From NCBI GenBank assembly GCA_963755125.1, contig CAVWIP010000012.1:160001-224000 (forward strand): a DNA stretch of 64,000 bases, in the 5' to 3' direction. The notes under the pieces were generated by a model. That model made no database searches and had not been told where the DNA came from. It saw nothing but the letters and a program-made list of their open reading frames with translations. Numbering within the stretch: the first letter of the stretch is position 1; each line of letters begins with the position of its first letter. Of this stretch, positions 55,301-64,000 are shown piece by piece. This stretch comes from an uncultured delta proteobacterium (GTDB lineage: Bacteria; Myxococcota_A; Polyangia; Fen-1088). The position numbers and the translations under genes were made by a program.

Positions 55301-57915
55301 GGTAATCGTGGTGGTAAAGACGGGGGCGGCCGGGTTGATCGTCAACGGTCCGCTGGAAATGCCGGTCAGGGTCAGGCTGGCGGCCTGGGCACCGCCTGTG
55401 GTGCTGGCGCTGAGCGTGGCGGTCTTCGCGGTCGTGCTCTGGCCGCTCTGGGGATAGAACATGACGTAGAAGTCGCAGGTCCAGTACGTGTTGGTGGCCT
55501 GACCATCGCCGGTCCCGCTGGCATTCGTCGGTGTGCTCACGTTGGTCACCCACGGGGACGCGCTGTCAGTCGGCGGCAGTGCGAGGGTAGTGCCGGCATT
55601 GCATGGGTTGGTATTGGTCACCGTCCACGGAGCGATGGCATGCACGTCCGTTGGCACTACATAGGTGAAGTCCGGCGGCGTGCCGGCAGCCAATCCAATG
55701 GTGGCCACCGTCGAGATCGCGGCAGAATTAACGTCCCCACGGACGACAGCGCGGTACCGCAGAACGGTCCCCTCGGTGCCATTGGGCTGCATCCCGAAGT
55801 CGAGCCCAGTAACCGGCGGGGTGGTGGTGGAATCAGCCGCCACCGGGATGAGCTGAATCAGTGGCAGGCCCGTTCCCTGAAGCTGGACTTGGTACGTGCC
55901 GCCCTTGCTGCCAGTCACGGTGAGAACCGCTTGGCGCAGGCCAGCGGCGGACGGCGTGAAGGTGACGGCAACGGTGCAGCTTTGTCCAGGCTGAAGGGTG
56001 GTGCAGTTCGTGTTCGCGGCGGAAACTGCAAAATCGGCCGCATTCGCACCCGAAAGAACCTCGGTGATGGTTCCGGAGTCTGTCGTCGCAGTCGCCACCA
56101 GGGTCACCGTGAGAACTTGGAACGGAGAACTGGTCAGAGTTACGGTTGTTTCCGCATATCCGACGACGACATTACCAAAGTTGAGCTGACCCGGCGCCAC
56201 AGTGAGCACGCTCGGAGCCATGCCAGTGCCGTGCAGGGTCGCGCTGCCAGAGAGTGTCCCGTCAGTGACGGTCAAGGTCCCGGTCGCATTCCCGACGACG
56301 GTGGGCGCGAAGTGGACAGCAATCACGCAGGTCTGGGTGGGCTGCAGGGCTGCGGCGCAACCGTTGCCCGAAACCACGAAGCCATTGCCGGGAGCAGACA
56401 CGGTGAGCGCGCCCGTGGCAGCGCCGCCGCCGTTGCTCACGGTAAAGCTGACGTCGGCACTGACGGTATTGAGCGGGATGGAGCCGAAGTCCTTCGAAGA
56501 AGGTGTGATGGTCAGCGCGCCTGGGGGCAGACCGGTGCCCGAGAGCTGGATGGAGCCAGGAGTCCCGCCGGCGTTCGCGACGTTGAGGATCGTGCCGAGC
56601 TGACCAACGGTGGTCGGCTTGAGCGCTACGGAAATCGTGCAGGTCCCGGCTGCGGCGAGCGAGGTGCCGGTGCAGGTATCCGAGCTCGTCACGAACTGCG
56701 GGTCGGCAACGGAAACCGTGAGGGTGCCCGTGGCAGTGGTTCCGCTATTGGTCACAGTGAAGGTCTGGGCCGTGCCGGTGTTGCCAACGACGACTGAGCC
56801 CAGGTTGGCCGTGCCGCTGACGGTGATGGTGGTGGGGCCTACCGAGACGCACGTGAGGTTTGCGCTGACGGTATCCGTAGCCGTGGTGGCGTCCGCGACC
56901 GCGAGAGTTGCAGTCTTCGTCCCGACACTGGTCGGGTTGCAAACAACTTGCACGGTGCAACCAGAGGCACCGGCCAGAGGCGCAAGGCAACCGGGGACCG
57001 TGATCGCGAACTGGTTCGCGTTCGCGCCGGTAAGGGTGGCCGAAACCTGGCCGGTGGACAGGCCGCCGGAGTTGGCAACCCCGAAGGTCACCGCGGCGCT
57101 CTGGGTGCCGTTCGGCGTCTGGAAGGTGGTCGAGGTCGGGGTGATGACCAGCTTGGCCGGGTCGAGAACCGTGGCCGAAACCACGGCGGTCTTGGTCAGC
57201 CCAGCGGCGTTGCAGACCACCGAGTCGGTCTTCTGACCCGACGTGGTCGCCTTGAACGTGAAGCCGACCGTGCAGGACGCGCCGGTAGCAAGCGCGGCCG
57301 GGCAGACCTTGGTCGGGTCAGCCGTGAGGTCCGCACCGCTCACCGAGCAGACGAGATCACTCACAGGGGCCGTGGCCGTCACGGTGACTGCGCCGGGAAC
57401 CACAGCGTTTGTCGCCACCTGTCCGAGGCTGACATCAGCCACGCTGAAATTGCCCGCGGGCACGCCGGTTCCGGACAGGCTGACTGCCAGCGTACCAGTG
57501 ACCGACAACACTCCGCTGACCGGCCCAACCGCCGTCGGGGTGAACACCACCGAGATCTGGCAGGTGCCCTTCGCCGGGACCGAGACGCAGATCTGGCTGA
57601 TGCTGAACGGACCTGTCACGCTCGGCGCGATGGAGACCGCAGTGGCCCCTGCATTGGTGACAGTGATGACCTGAGGCGTCGCGCTGGTGTCTCCGACATC
57701 AACGCTCCCGAAGGTCACGGAAACCGGTGCAATCGTCAGCGTGCTTACTGGTGTGGACGCCCGCTTCCGCGCCCGGTGCAAGACCGCCGTTCTCCCCCCT
57801 GTGGCTTGGCATCGGGGTTGTTACTGCTTCCGCCGCAGCCGGCGACCACGAGCATGCCAACCAGCCCCAAACAAGTGGCCTGGAGCAACCGATCGAAATT
57901 TCTAGAACACGTCAT
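52346..57915 (-). CDS. Large surface lipoprotein with ~15 tandem ASH/choice-of-anchor-D-like Ig domains; frameshifted near 57760-57800
   Basis: Repeats of FG.V......FT.TN.G...C...L..G..C...V.F.P...L.GTG. ATG 57915 with GGAGG and lipobox VVAGC is in a different frame from the 1811-aa body. Confidence 0.85.
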
Positions 57916-57980
57916 GGAATAGCCTCCGTCAATAACCCAAGTGTTGTTTCGCAAAGCGTGCGCGATGCAGCAGCGGGAAC

Positions 57981-58009
57981 AGTTTTGGGGCAGCAGCCTG
58001 TGGAATCAA
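57981..58009 (-). promoter_or_regulatory. Candidate sigma70 promoter with upstream T-tract for the surface protein gene
   Basis: TTGATT-N17-AAAACT preceded by a T8 run. Confidence 0.35.
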
Positions 58010-58364
58010 GAAAAAAAAGGCAGCCACGGCGGATTCTTACCCAAAAGCCACCGCGTTTTGGACGGAAGTGTAGGTGCAGTCGGTACAGACCCCTGGATCT
58101 CCGCCAGATGCGCACTGGAAGTTCGGAAGCTGATGTCAGCAATGTGGTGGATGTTACAGGTTTCGCTCCAGGTGAGATCATCGCTAGGTGCGAAGGCTGG
58201 GTTAGCTCTTCTGTGCAGTGGGCTTTCCCCGTCGGAAAATGCTGGCCAAGTCTACGATCCCCCAGCACCGCACTCGCGGCTTCACTGCGTGCGCGGCGGG
58301 ATTCGCGTAGTCTCTGCAGCCGTGACTTGCCTCCCGTGACTTGCTAGTTTGCGCATCCAGCGAC

Positions 58365-61046
58365 ATGGACAACATCGAAGGCTCCACGCCTCCTCCGGCA
58401 ACCCCGCCTGCACCCCCGCCACCGCCGGCCAACATCGGGCTACGCATCCCGGTCGCGATCGAAGAGGAGATGAAGTCCTCGTTCATGGACTACGCCATGA
58501 GCGTGATCGTGGCGCGCGCGTTGCCCGACGCGCGCGACGGACTCAAGCCAGTGCACCGGCGTATCCTTTATACGCAGCACCTGATGAACAACTTGTGGAA
58601 CCGACCGTACATCAAGTGTGCGCGCGTGGTCGGGGATGTCTTGGGCAAGTTCCATCCCCACGGCGATACCGCCTGCTACGACGCCCTGGTCCGGCTGGCG
58701 CAGGACTTTTCCATGCGCTACCCGCTCATCGACGGGCAGGGCAACTTCGGATCGGTGGACGGCGATCCGCCGGCCGCCTACCGCTACACCGAGTGCCGCA
58801 TGGAGAAGATCGGCCAGGAACTGCTGGCCGACATCGACAAGCAGACGGTCGAATTCCAGCCCAACTACGACGACAAGGAAACCGAGCCCACGGTTCTGCC
58901 CACGCGCCTGCCCAATCTGCTGGTCAACGGCGCCTCCGGCATCGCGGTGGGCATGGCCACCAACATCCCCCCGCACAACCTGCGCGAGATCGTCGACGCG
59001 ACCATCGCGGTCATCCGCAACCCGGACATCGATGTGGACGATCTCATCGAAATCGTTCCGGGGCCCGACTTCCCCACCGCCGGAATCATCTGCGGCCGCA
59101 ACGGCATCCGCCAGGCCTACGAAGCGGGCCGCGGCAGCATCCTGGTGCGGGCCCGGACCTCGGTGGAGGAGCACCCGAAGAGCGGGCGCAAGTCCATCGT
59201 GGCCACCGAGATCCCGTATCAGGTCAACAAAGCCAAGCTCATCGAAAAAATCGCCGAGTTGGTGCGCGAGAAGAAGATCGACGGCATCTCCGACGTGCGC
59301 GACGAGTCGGACCGCGAGGGTATGCGGGTCGTGGTGGATCTGAAGAAGGACGCCGTGCCCGAGGTGGTGATGAACAACCTGTGGAAGATGACGCCTCTGC
59401 AGGAATCGTTCGGCATCAACGTACTGGCCATTGTCGACGGGCGACCGCAGACGCTGTCGCTCAAGCAAGCGCTGCAGCAGTTCATCCAGCATCGGCGTGA
59501 TGTGGTTACCCGACGCACGCAGTTCGACCTGCAACAGGCGCAGGCACGCATGCACATCCTGCAGGGCCTGAAGATTGCCGTCGACAACATCGACGCGATC
59601 ATCGACCTCATCCGGTCATCGAAGGACACCGAAACGGCTAAGGCGGGCCTGATGCAGAACTTCGACCTGTCCGCCATCCAGGCGCAGGAAATCCTCAACA
59701 TGCGTCTGGCCAAGCTGACCGGACTGGAGCGCGACAAGCTGCTGGCCGAGATCAAGGAAACCGCCGAGTTGATCGCGCGCCTGGAAGCCATCCTGGCCAG
59801 CGACGCCGTGCTGGTCGGGGTCGTGGTGTCGGAGCTGGAAGAGGTGCGCAAGCTGTATGGCGATGACCGGCGCACCGAGATTCTGGACATCGACGTCGAC
59901 ATCGACATCGAAGACATGATCGCGCACGAGGATATGGTGGTGACGGTCACCCACGGCGGCTACGTCAAACGCAATCCACAAGGCCAGTACCGGGCGCAGC
60001 GACGGGGCGGACGCGGCATCACGGGCGCCAGCACCCACGAGGAGGACTTCGTGTCCCAGCTCTTCGTGGCGTCGACCCATGACACCTTGTTGATGTTCAC
60101 CAGCAAGGGGCGGGTCTACGCGCGAAAGATCTGGGAAATCCCGCAGGCAGGGCGAACCGCCAAGGGCAAGGCCTTCGTGAACCTGATTCCTTTGCAAGAA
60201 GGTGAACGGGTGGTGGCCTTGCAGCCGGTGCGCGAGTTCTCCGAGGGCGCCTTCGTGGTCATGGCCACCATGCGTGGCCTGATCAAGAAGACCTCACTGC
60301 AGGCCTTTGCCAACATCCGTTCGTCGGGCATCATCGCGCTCACTATCCAGGATGACGATGCGCTGGTCGGGCTGCGCATCACCGAGGGATCGTCCGATCT
60401 GCTGCTGGGCACGCGCAACGGCTGGGCCATCCGTTTCCGTGAAGCCAACGTCCGGCCCATGGGTCGGGCGGCGCGCGGGGTGCGCGGCATTCGCCTGCGC
60501 GATCGCGATGACTTCGTCGTCGGCATGGCGGCCTTGCCGCCGGATCGGCCAGCCACGCTGCTCACGGTTTGCGAGCACGGGTTCGGCAAGCGCACCACGA
60601 CGTCGGACTATCCGACCAAGAATCGCGGCGGCAAGGGCGTGATCACCATCAAGACCACGGAGCGTAATGGCAAAGTCATCGGCCTGCGCCTGGTCACCGA
60701 CGAGGACGATCTGATGTTGATCACCAGTGCGGGCAAGTTGATCCGTATGCCGGTGGACGGTATTCCCACCATCGGACGCAACACCCAGGGCGTGCGCCTG
60801 ATTCGCCTGGAAGAAGCGGAAACCGTGGTGGCCATGGAACGTCTGGCCGAGATGGAAGAAGGGGAGCGCGAGGTTTCGCCCGAGGTGGCTGCGGCACGCG
60901 CCGAGAAGCAAACCCTGGCGGAAGAGGATCTGGGCGAGGAGGCGGCCGACGACGAGGATGCCGACGACGAGGAAAGTGACGACGCCGAAGACGAGAGCGG
61001 CGACGAAGGCGGCGAGGACAGCGGCAACGAACCGAAGGTTAATTAG
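58365..61046 (+). CDS. gyrA: DNA gyrase subunit A
   Basis: [25 protein letters not shown], GyrA box QRRGGRG, acidic tail. Confidence 0.97.
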   Translation: MDNIEGSTPPPATPPAPPPPPANIGLRIPVAIEEEMKSSFMDYAMSVIVARALPDARDGLKPVHRRILYTQHLMNNLWNRPYIKCARVVGDVLGKFHPHGDTACYDALVRLAQDFSMRYPLIDGQGNFGSVDGDPPAAYRYTECRMEKIGQELLADIDKQTVEFQPNYDDKETEPTVLPTRLPNLLVNGASGIAVGMATNIPPHNLREIVDATIAVIRNPDIDVDDLIEIVPGPDFPTAGIICGRNGIRQAYEAGRGSILVRARTSVEEHPKSGRKSIVATEIPYQVNKAKLIEKIAELVREKKIDGISDVRDESDREGMRVVVDLKKDAVPEVVMNNLWKMTPLQESFGINVLAIVDGRPQTLSLKQALQQFIQHRRDVVTRRTQFDLQQAQARMHILQGLKIAVDNIDAIIDLIRSSKDTETAKAGLMQNFDLSAIQAQEILNMRLAKLTGLERDKLLAEIKETAELIARLEAILASDAVLVGVVVSELEEVRKLYGDDRRTEILDIDVDIDIEDMIAHEDMVVTVTHGGYVKRNPQGQYRAQRRGGRGITGASTHEEDFVSQLFVASTHDTLLMFTSKGRVYARKIWEIPQAGRTAKGKAFVNLIPLQEGERVVALQPVREFSEGAFVVMATMRGLIKKTSLQAFANIRSSGIIALTIQDDDALVGLRITEGSSDLLLGTRNGWAIRFREANVRPMGRAARGVRGIRLRDRDDFVVGMAALPPDRPATLLTVCEHGFGKRTTTSDYPTKNRGGKGVITIKTTERNGKVIGLRLVTDEDDLMLITSAGKLIRMPVDGIPTIGRNTQGVRLIRLEEAETVVAMERLAEMEEGEREVSPEVAAARAEKQTLAEEDLGEEAADDEDADDEESDDAEDESGDEGGEDSGNEPKVN

Positions 61047-61058
61047 GGCCGAGAGCGC

Positions 61059-62339
61059 ATGCGAAAGACCACAAGCTCCACGGCGCTGTTTGAACGCGCC
61101 CAAAGACTGTTTCCAGGCGGCGTGAACTCGCCGGTCCGGGCCTTCACGGCGGTGGGCGGCACGCCTGTCTTTCTCGCGCGCGGTCAGGGCGCCCGGGTGT
61201 GGGACGCCGACGGGAACAGCTACTTGGATTTCTTGGGCTCCTGGGGCCCGCTCATCCTGGGCCACGCTGATCCCGATGTGGTGGCGGCCATCGAGGCCGC
61301 GGCCCGCCACGGGACATCCTTCGGCGCCTCGACCGAGCGCGAGGTCCTGCTGGGCGAAGCGATTCGGGACGCTGTGCCGTCGATGCAGCGGATGCGCTTC
61401 GTGTCCTCGGGGACCGAGGCCACGATGTCTGCCCTGCGCGTGGCACGCGGCCACACCGGTCGTGCCAAGATCATCAAGGTCGAGGGTGGCTACCACGGCC
61501 ACGCCGACGCCCTGCTAGCCGCTGCCGGGTCCGGTGTGGCCACGCTCGGCCTGCCTGGCTCCGTGGGCGTCACCGGAGGCGCGGTCGCCGATACCGTCGT
61601 CGTCCCTTTTAATGATGAGGCGGCCATGGAAGCCGCTTTCGCAGCCCACCACGTGGCGGCGGTCGTCGTCGAACCAATCCCGGCAAACATGGGTCTGGTG
61701 CTCCCCAGGCCAGGCTACCTGATGGCCTTGCGTCAGATGTGTGATGCGTACTGCTCGCTGCTGATCTTCGACGAGGTCATTTCGGGCTTCAGGGTCGGCC
61801 GCGGCGGTGCCCAGGCGATCTTCGGTGTACGCCCGGACATGACCTGCTTGGGTAAGATCGTGGGTGGCGGCCTGCCCCTGGGGGTATACGGTGGACAGAG
61901 CGTGGTCATGTCTGAGGTCGCGCCTGAAGGTCCCGTGTATCAGGCTGGCACACTTTCCGGCAACCCACTGGCCATGGCCGCCGGGCTGGCCGTCTTGCGC
62001 AAATTGGACCAGTCCGCCTACAACCGGCTTGAATTGCTTGGCCAGCGCCTCGAGGCCGGCATCAGAAGTGCTCTGGCGGCCTCTGGCGTAGCAGCGCAGT
62101 TCCATAGAGTGGGTTCGGCATTCACATTGTTCTTCAGTGCCGAGCCAGTGACGGACTTTGCATCGGCCAAGCGCGCCGACGTCGGGCGCTACGCCCACTT
62201 CTTCCATGAAATGCTCGACCGTGGCATCTACCTGCCGCCTGCCCAACTTGAAACCGGGTTCATCTCCCTGGCGCACCAGGAGGATGACATCAACGCCTTT
62301 GTCGCAGGCAGCCGCGAAGCCCTGGCCACGATTCGCTAG
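61059..62339 (+). CDS. hemL: Glutamate-1-semialdehyde 2,1-aminomutase
   Basis: PGGVNSPVRAF, SGTEATMSA, GYHGH, FDEVISGFR, GKIVGGGLP, YQAGTLSGNP. Confidence 0.97.
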   Translation: MRKTTSSTALFERAQRLFPGGVNSPVRAFTAVGGTPVFLARGQGARVWDADGNSYLDFLGSWGPLILGHADPDVVAAIEAAARHGTSFGASTEREVLLGEAIRDAVPSMQRMRFVSSGTEATMSALRVARGHTGRAKIIKVEGGYHGHADALLAAAGSGVATLGLPGSVGVTGGAVADTVVVPFNDEAAMEAAFAAHHVAAVVVEPIPANMGLVLPRPGYLMALRQMCDAYCSLLIFDEVISGFRVGRGGAQAIFGVRPDMTCLGKIVGGGLPLGVYGGQSVVMSEVAPEGPVYQAGTLSGNPLAMAAGLAVLRKLDQSAYNRLELLGQRLEAGIRSALAASGVAAQFHRVGSAFTLFFSAEPVTDFASAKRADVGRYAHFFHEMLDRGIYLPPAQLETGFISLAHQEDDINAFVAGSREALATIR

Positions 62340-62394
62340 CGGTCAGTGCCTTTTTGCGGTAAGAGACGCCTCCTTCCGGGAGACAGATCAAGCC

Positions 62395-62763
62395 ATGCCA
62401 CAGAAGAGTCCGCTTTCGCTCGTCAATGAAACCTTTGGCGCCAAGGACAAGCTGGTAGACAAGCTTGTCGCCATGCTCGATCGGGATGAGGAGCCCAAGG
62501 CCGATCTGCGCAAGCGGCTGCTGGCCGCAGCGAACAGCAAGCTGCTCAACCTTCACCGCGTCGCCACGGCGGTGAAAGAGAAGTTCGGTTCGCGCGACAA
62601 GTTGGTTGCCCAGGCTGCGCTGCTGCTTGGTCACAGCAAGGACAAGGATTTTCTGGCCCGGCTCGACAACCAGTCCGACGCGCGCCTGCTCGATCTGGTC
62701 ACCGCTGCCGAGCGCAGGGCCAAGAAGGCTTCTGCCAAGCCGAAAAACAAACCCGCCTCGTAG
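62395..62763 (+). CDS. Basic helical hypothetical protein with an internal repeat
   Basis: ATG 62395 after GGGAG; two repeats FG.KDKLV / FGSRDKLV; GC3-biased codons. Confidence 0.7.
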   Translation: MPQKSPLSLVNETFGAKDKLVDKLVAMLDRDEEPKADLRKRLLAAANSKLLNLHRVATAVKEKFGSRDKLVAQAALLLGHSKDKDFLARLDNQSDARLLDLVTAAERRAKKASAKPKNKPAS

Positions 62764-64000
62764 CTACTTGGCGATCTGAACCTGGATGTGGGCCGACCCG
62801 AGGTTGTCGGCGGAATCCCAAACGCGCACGGCGATGATGTGGGGGCCAGCCGAGAGCGACGGTGGCAACCGGATGGAAAAAGACTCGGTCATCTCGTCCA
62901 GAATGCCGTCGTCTGGTGAGGCCGGGCGCCAGTCGTTGCCGTCGATGCAAAATTCGATCTGCGAGATGACCGACGCCGTGTCGTGGGCCCGGCCAGTCAC
63001 CCGCGGCAACTGCGCCTTCAGATCCACGACCGAGGGCCTGGTGTTGTCCACCAGGAAGGACGGCGAATCGAAGGTGAAATCGAGCGCTTGGTCCTTCGGA
63101 GTCACTTTCTCGTCCGATGCCCACACCCGAATCAGGTAGTGGCCGTCAGGAACCGAATCCGTGTTCCAGTCGTACTCGGGCTTGCTGAGTGGATCAGGAC
63201 CACCCAACGGCCGCCACACGGTTTCATTCTCCTGCCGGAACCACAGCCGGTAGATGATCTCGTCGTTATCGGGGTTCTCGACCTTCCAGCGCAGCTTGAG
63301 CACCGGTGAGTGCGAGCGCGTGCTGGTGGTGGCTATAGCCAGGCTGCCCCCCGAACCGCCCGCGCCCGGCGCGGCGGGCGCGGTGGGCGCGTCTCCCAGG
63401 TAGACCTCGGTGACGCGAGCGCGCTGGTTGTGCGGCACATAGTAGGTGAGTACGTCGCGCAACACCGACGATTGGCTGGGAAGCCCGACCCGATATTGAA
63501 GGTAGCGCGTCTGGTTCGCGGCGACCTTGCCCTGCCCTTCCTGACCGTGGTGGCTGACCGAGTCCAGTCTGGTCCAGTTGCTCCAGCTCTTGTCGGGCTT
63601 GCCCGTGTTTCCCGCGCGGGTTTCGAAAACCAGATCGCCCGACCCCGACCAATGCAGGAAACCCCATCGCGCAGGGCCGTCGGCGTCGAGTACCCGCGAA
63701 AGATATGCGGCTTCGCTGGCAGCAGCGGGGCGCACGCGAAAGATGGCACCGACATCGCCCGTGCCCACCAGGAAGCCGCCGGGCGTGGACACCAGCGACA
63801 GGGCCTGCCGCTCGGGCAGGTCGATGGCCAGGGCGACCGTGCGGTCAGGCGAAATGCGATGGATTTTCCCCTGAGTTCCCGACGCGGCGTAAACCTGGCC
63901 GCCCGGCCCGGCCAGCAGCGCGGTAAAATAGCCATCGGCAAGCGCCAGCACCTGCTCGATGCCGCCGTCGTCGTCTAGCCGAAAGACTGCGGCATGCGCT
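62764..64000 (-). CDS. Partial beta-propeller protein with C-terminal Ig/FN3-like domains (5' end outside window)
   Basis: Frame open to the right edge; blade-like repeats (VGTGDVGAIFRV), TRAGNT..PD..WS.W, W...NPDNDE..Y, WNTDSVPDGHY, VDNTRP. Confidence 0.8.
   Translation of the reverse strand, partial: AHAAVFRLDDDGGIEQVLALADGYFTALLAGPGGQVYAASGTQGKIHRISPDRTVALAIDLPERQALSLVSTPGGFLVGTGDVGAIFRVRPAAASEAAYLSRVLDADGPARWGFLHWSGSGDLVFETRAGNTGKPDKSWSNWTRLDSVSHHGQEGQGKVAANQTRYLQYRVGLPSQSSVLRDVLTYYVPHNQRARVTEVYLGDAPTAPAAPGAGGSGGSLAIATTSTRSHSPVLKLRWKVENPDNDEIIYRLWFRQENETVWRPLGGPDPLSKPEYDWNTDSVPDGHYLIRVWASDEKVTPKDQALDFTFDSPSFLVDNTRPSVVDLKAQLPRVTGRAHDTASVISQIEFCIDGNDWRPASPDDGILDEMTESFSIRLPPSLSAGPHIIAVRVWDSADNLGSAHIQVQIAK

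Overview
GC-rich bacterial chromosomal window, most likely from a Myxococcota (myxobacteria-related) genome, inferred from the Glt gliding genes, a CglC-like lipoprotein and the lipoprotein repertoire. Left to right it holds: (1) a probably sigma54-driven operon of an acyl-CoA dehydrogenase and a >2806-codon iterative type I PKS/FAS (KS-AT-KS-ACPx4-KR-DH). The PKS runs off the left edge and is absent from the ORF track. All four carrier domains have Thr instead of the phosphopantetheine-accepting Ser, and both KS domains keep a full Cys-His-His triad. (2) Small exported/membrane proteins, a ROK sugar kinase, and an RNase Y-like gene with a degenerate KH loop abutting a 3461-aa TPR gene. (3) A Glt-type gliding cluster (gltC-D-E-F-G, TPR gene, gltI/agmK-like; divergent cglC/gltK-like). 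(4) yraN and the rpsP-khpA-rimM-trmD-rplS locus, invaded by a palindromic repeat family. One 78-nt copy sits in frame inside rimM and another overlaps the trmD stop codon. (5) An UshA-like/tetraheme cytochrome fusion, a Thr/Ser dehydratase, nadA, a Fam20-like kinase, a TlpA-like protein, coaX, a DUF2254-like protein and an HD-GYP response regulator. (6) A ~1850-aa Ig/ASH-repeat surface lipoprotein, gyrA, hemL and a partial beta-propeller gene. Three genes show apparent small frameshifts that may be assembly errors. No rRNA, tRNA, CRISPR array or transposase was seen. All calls come from reading motifs by eye, with no database search.
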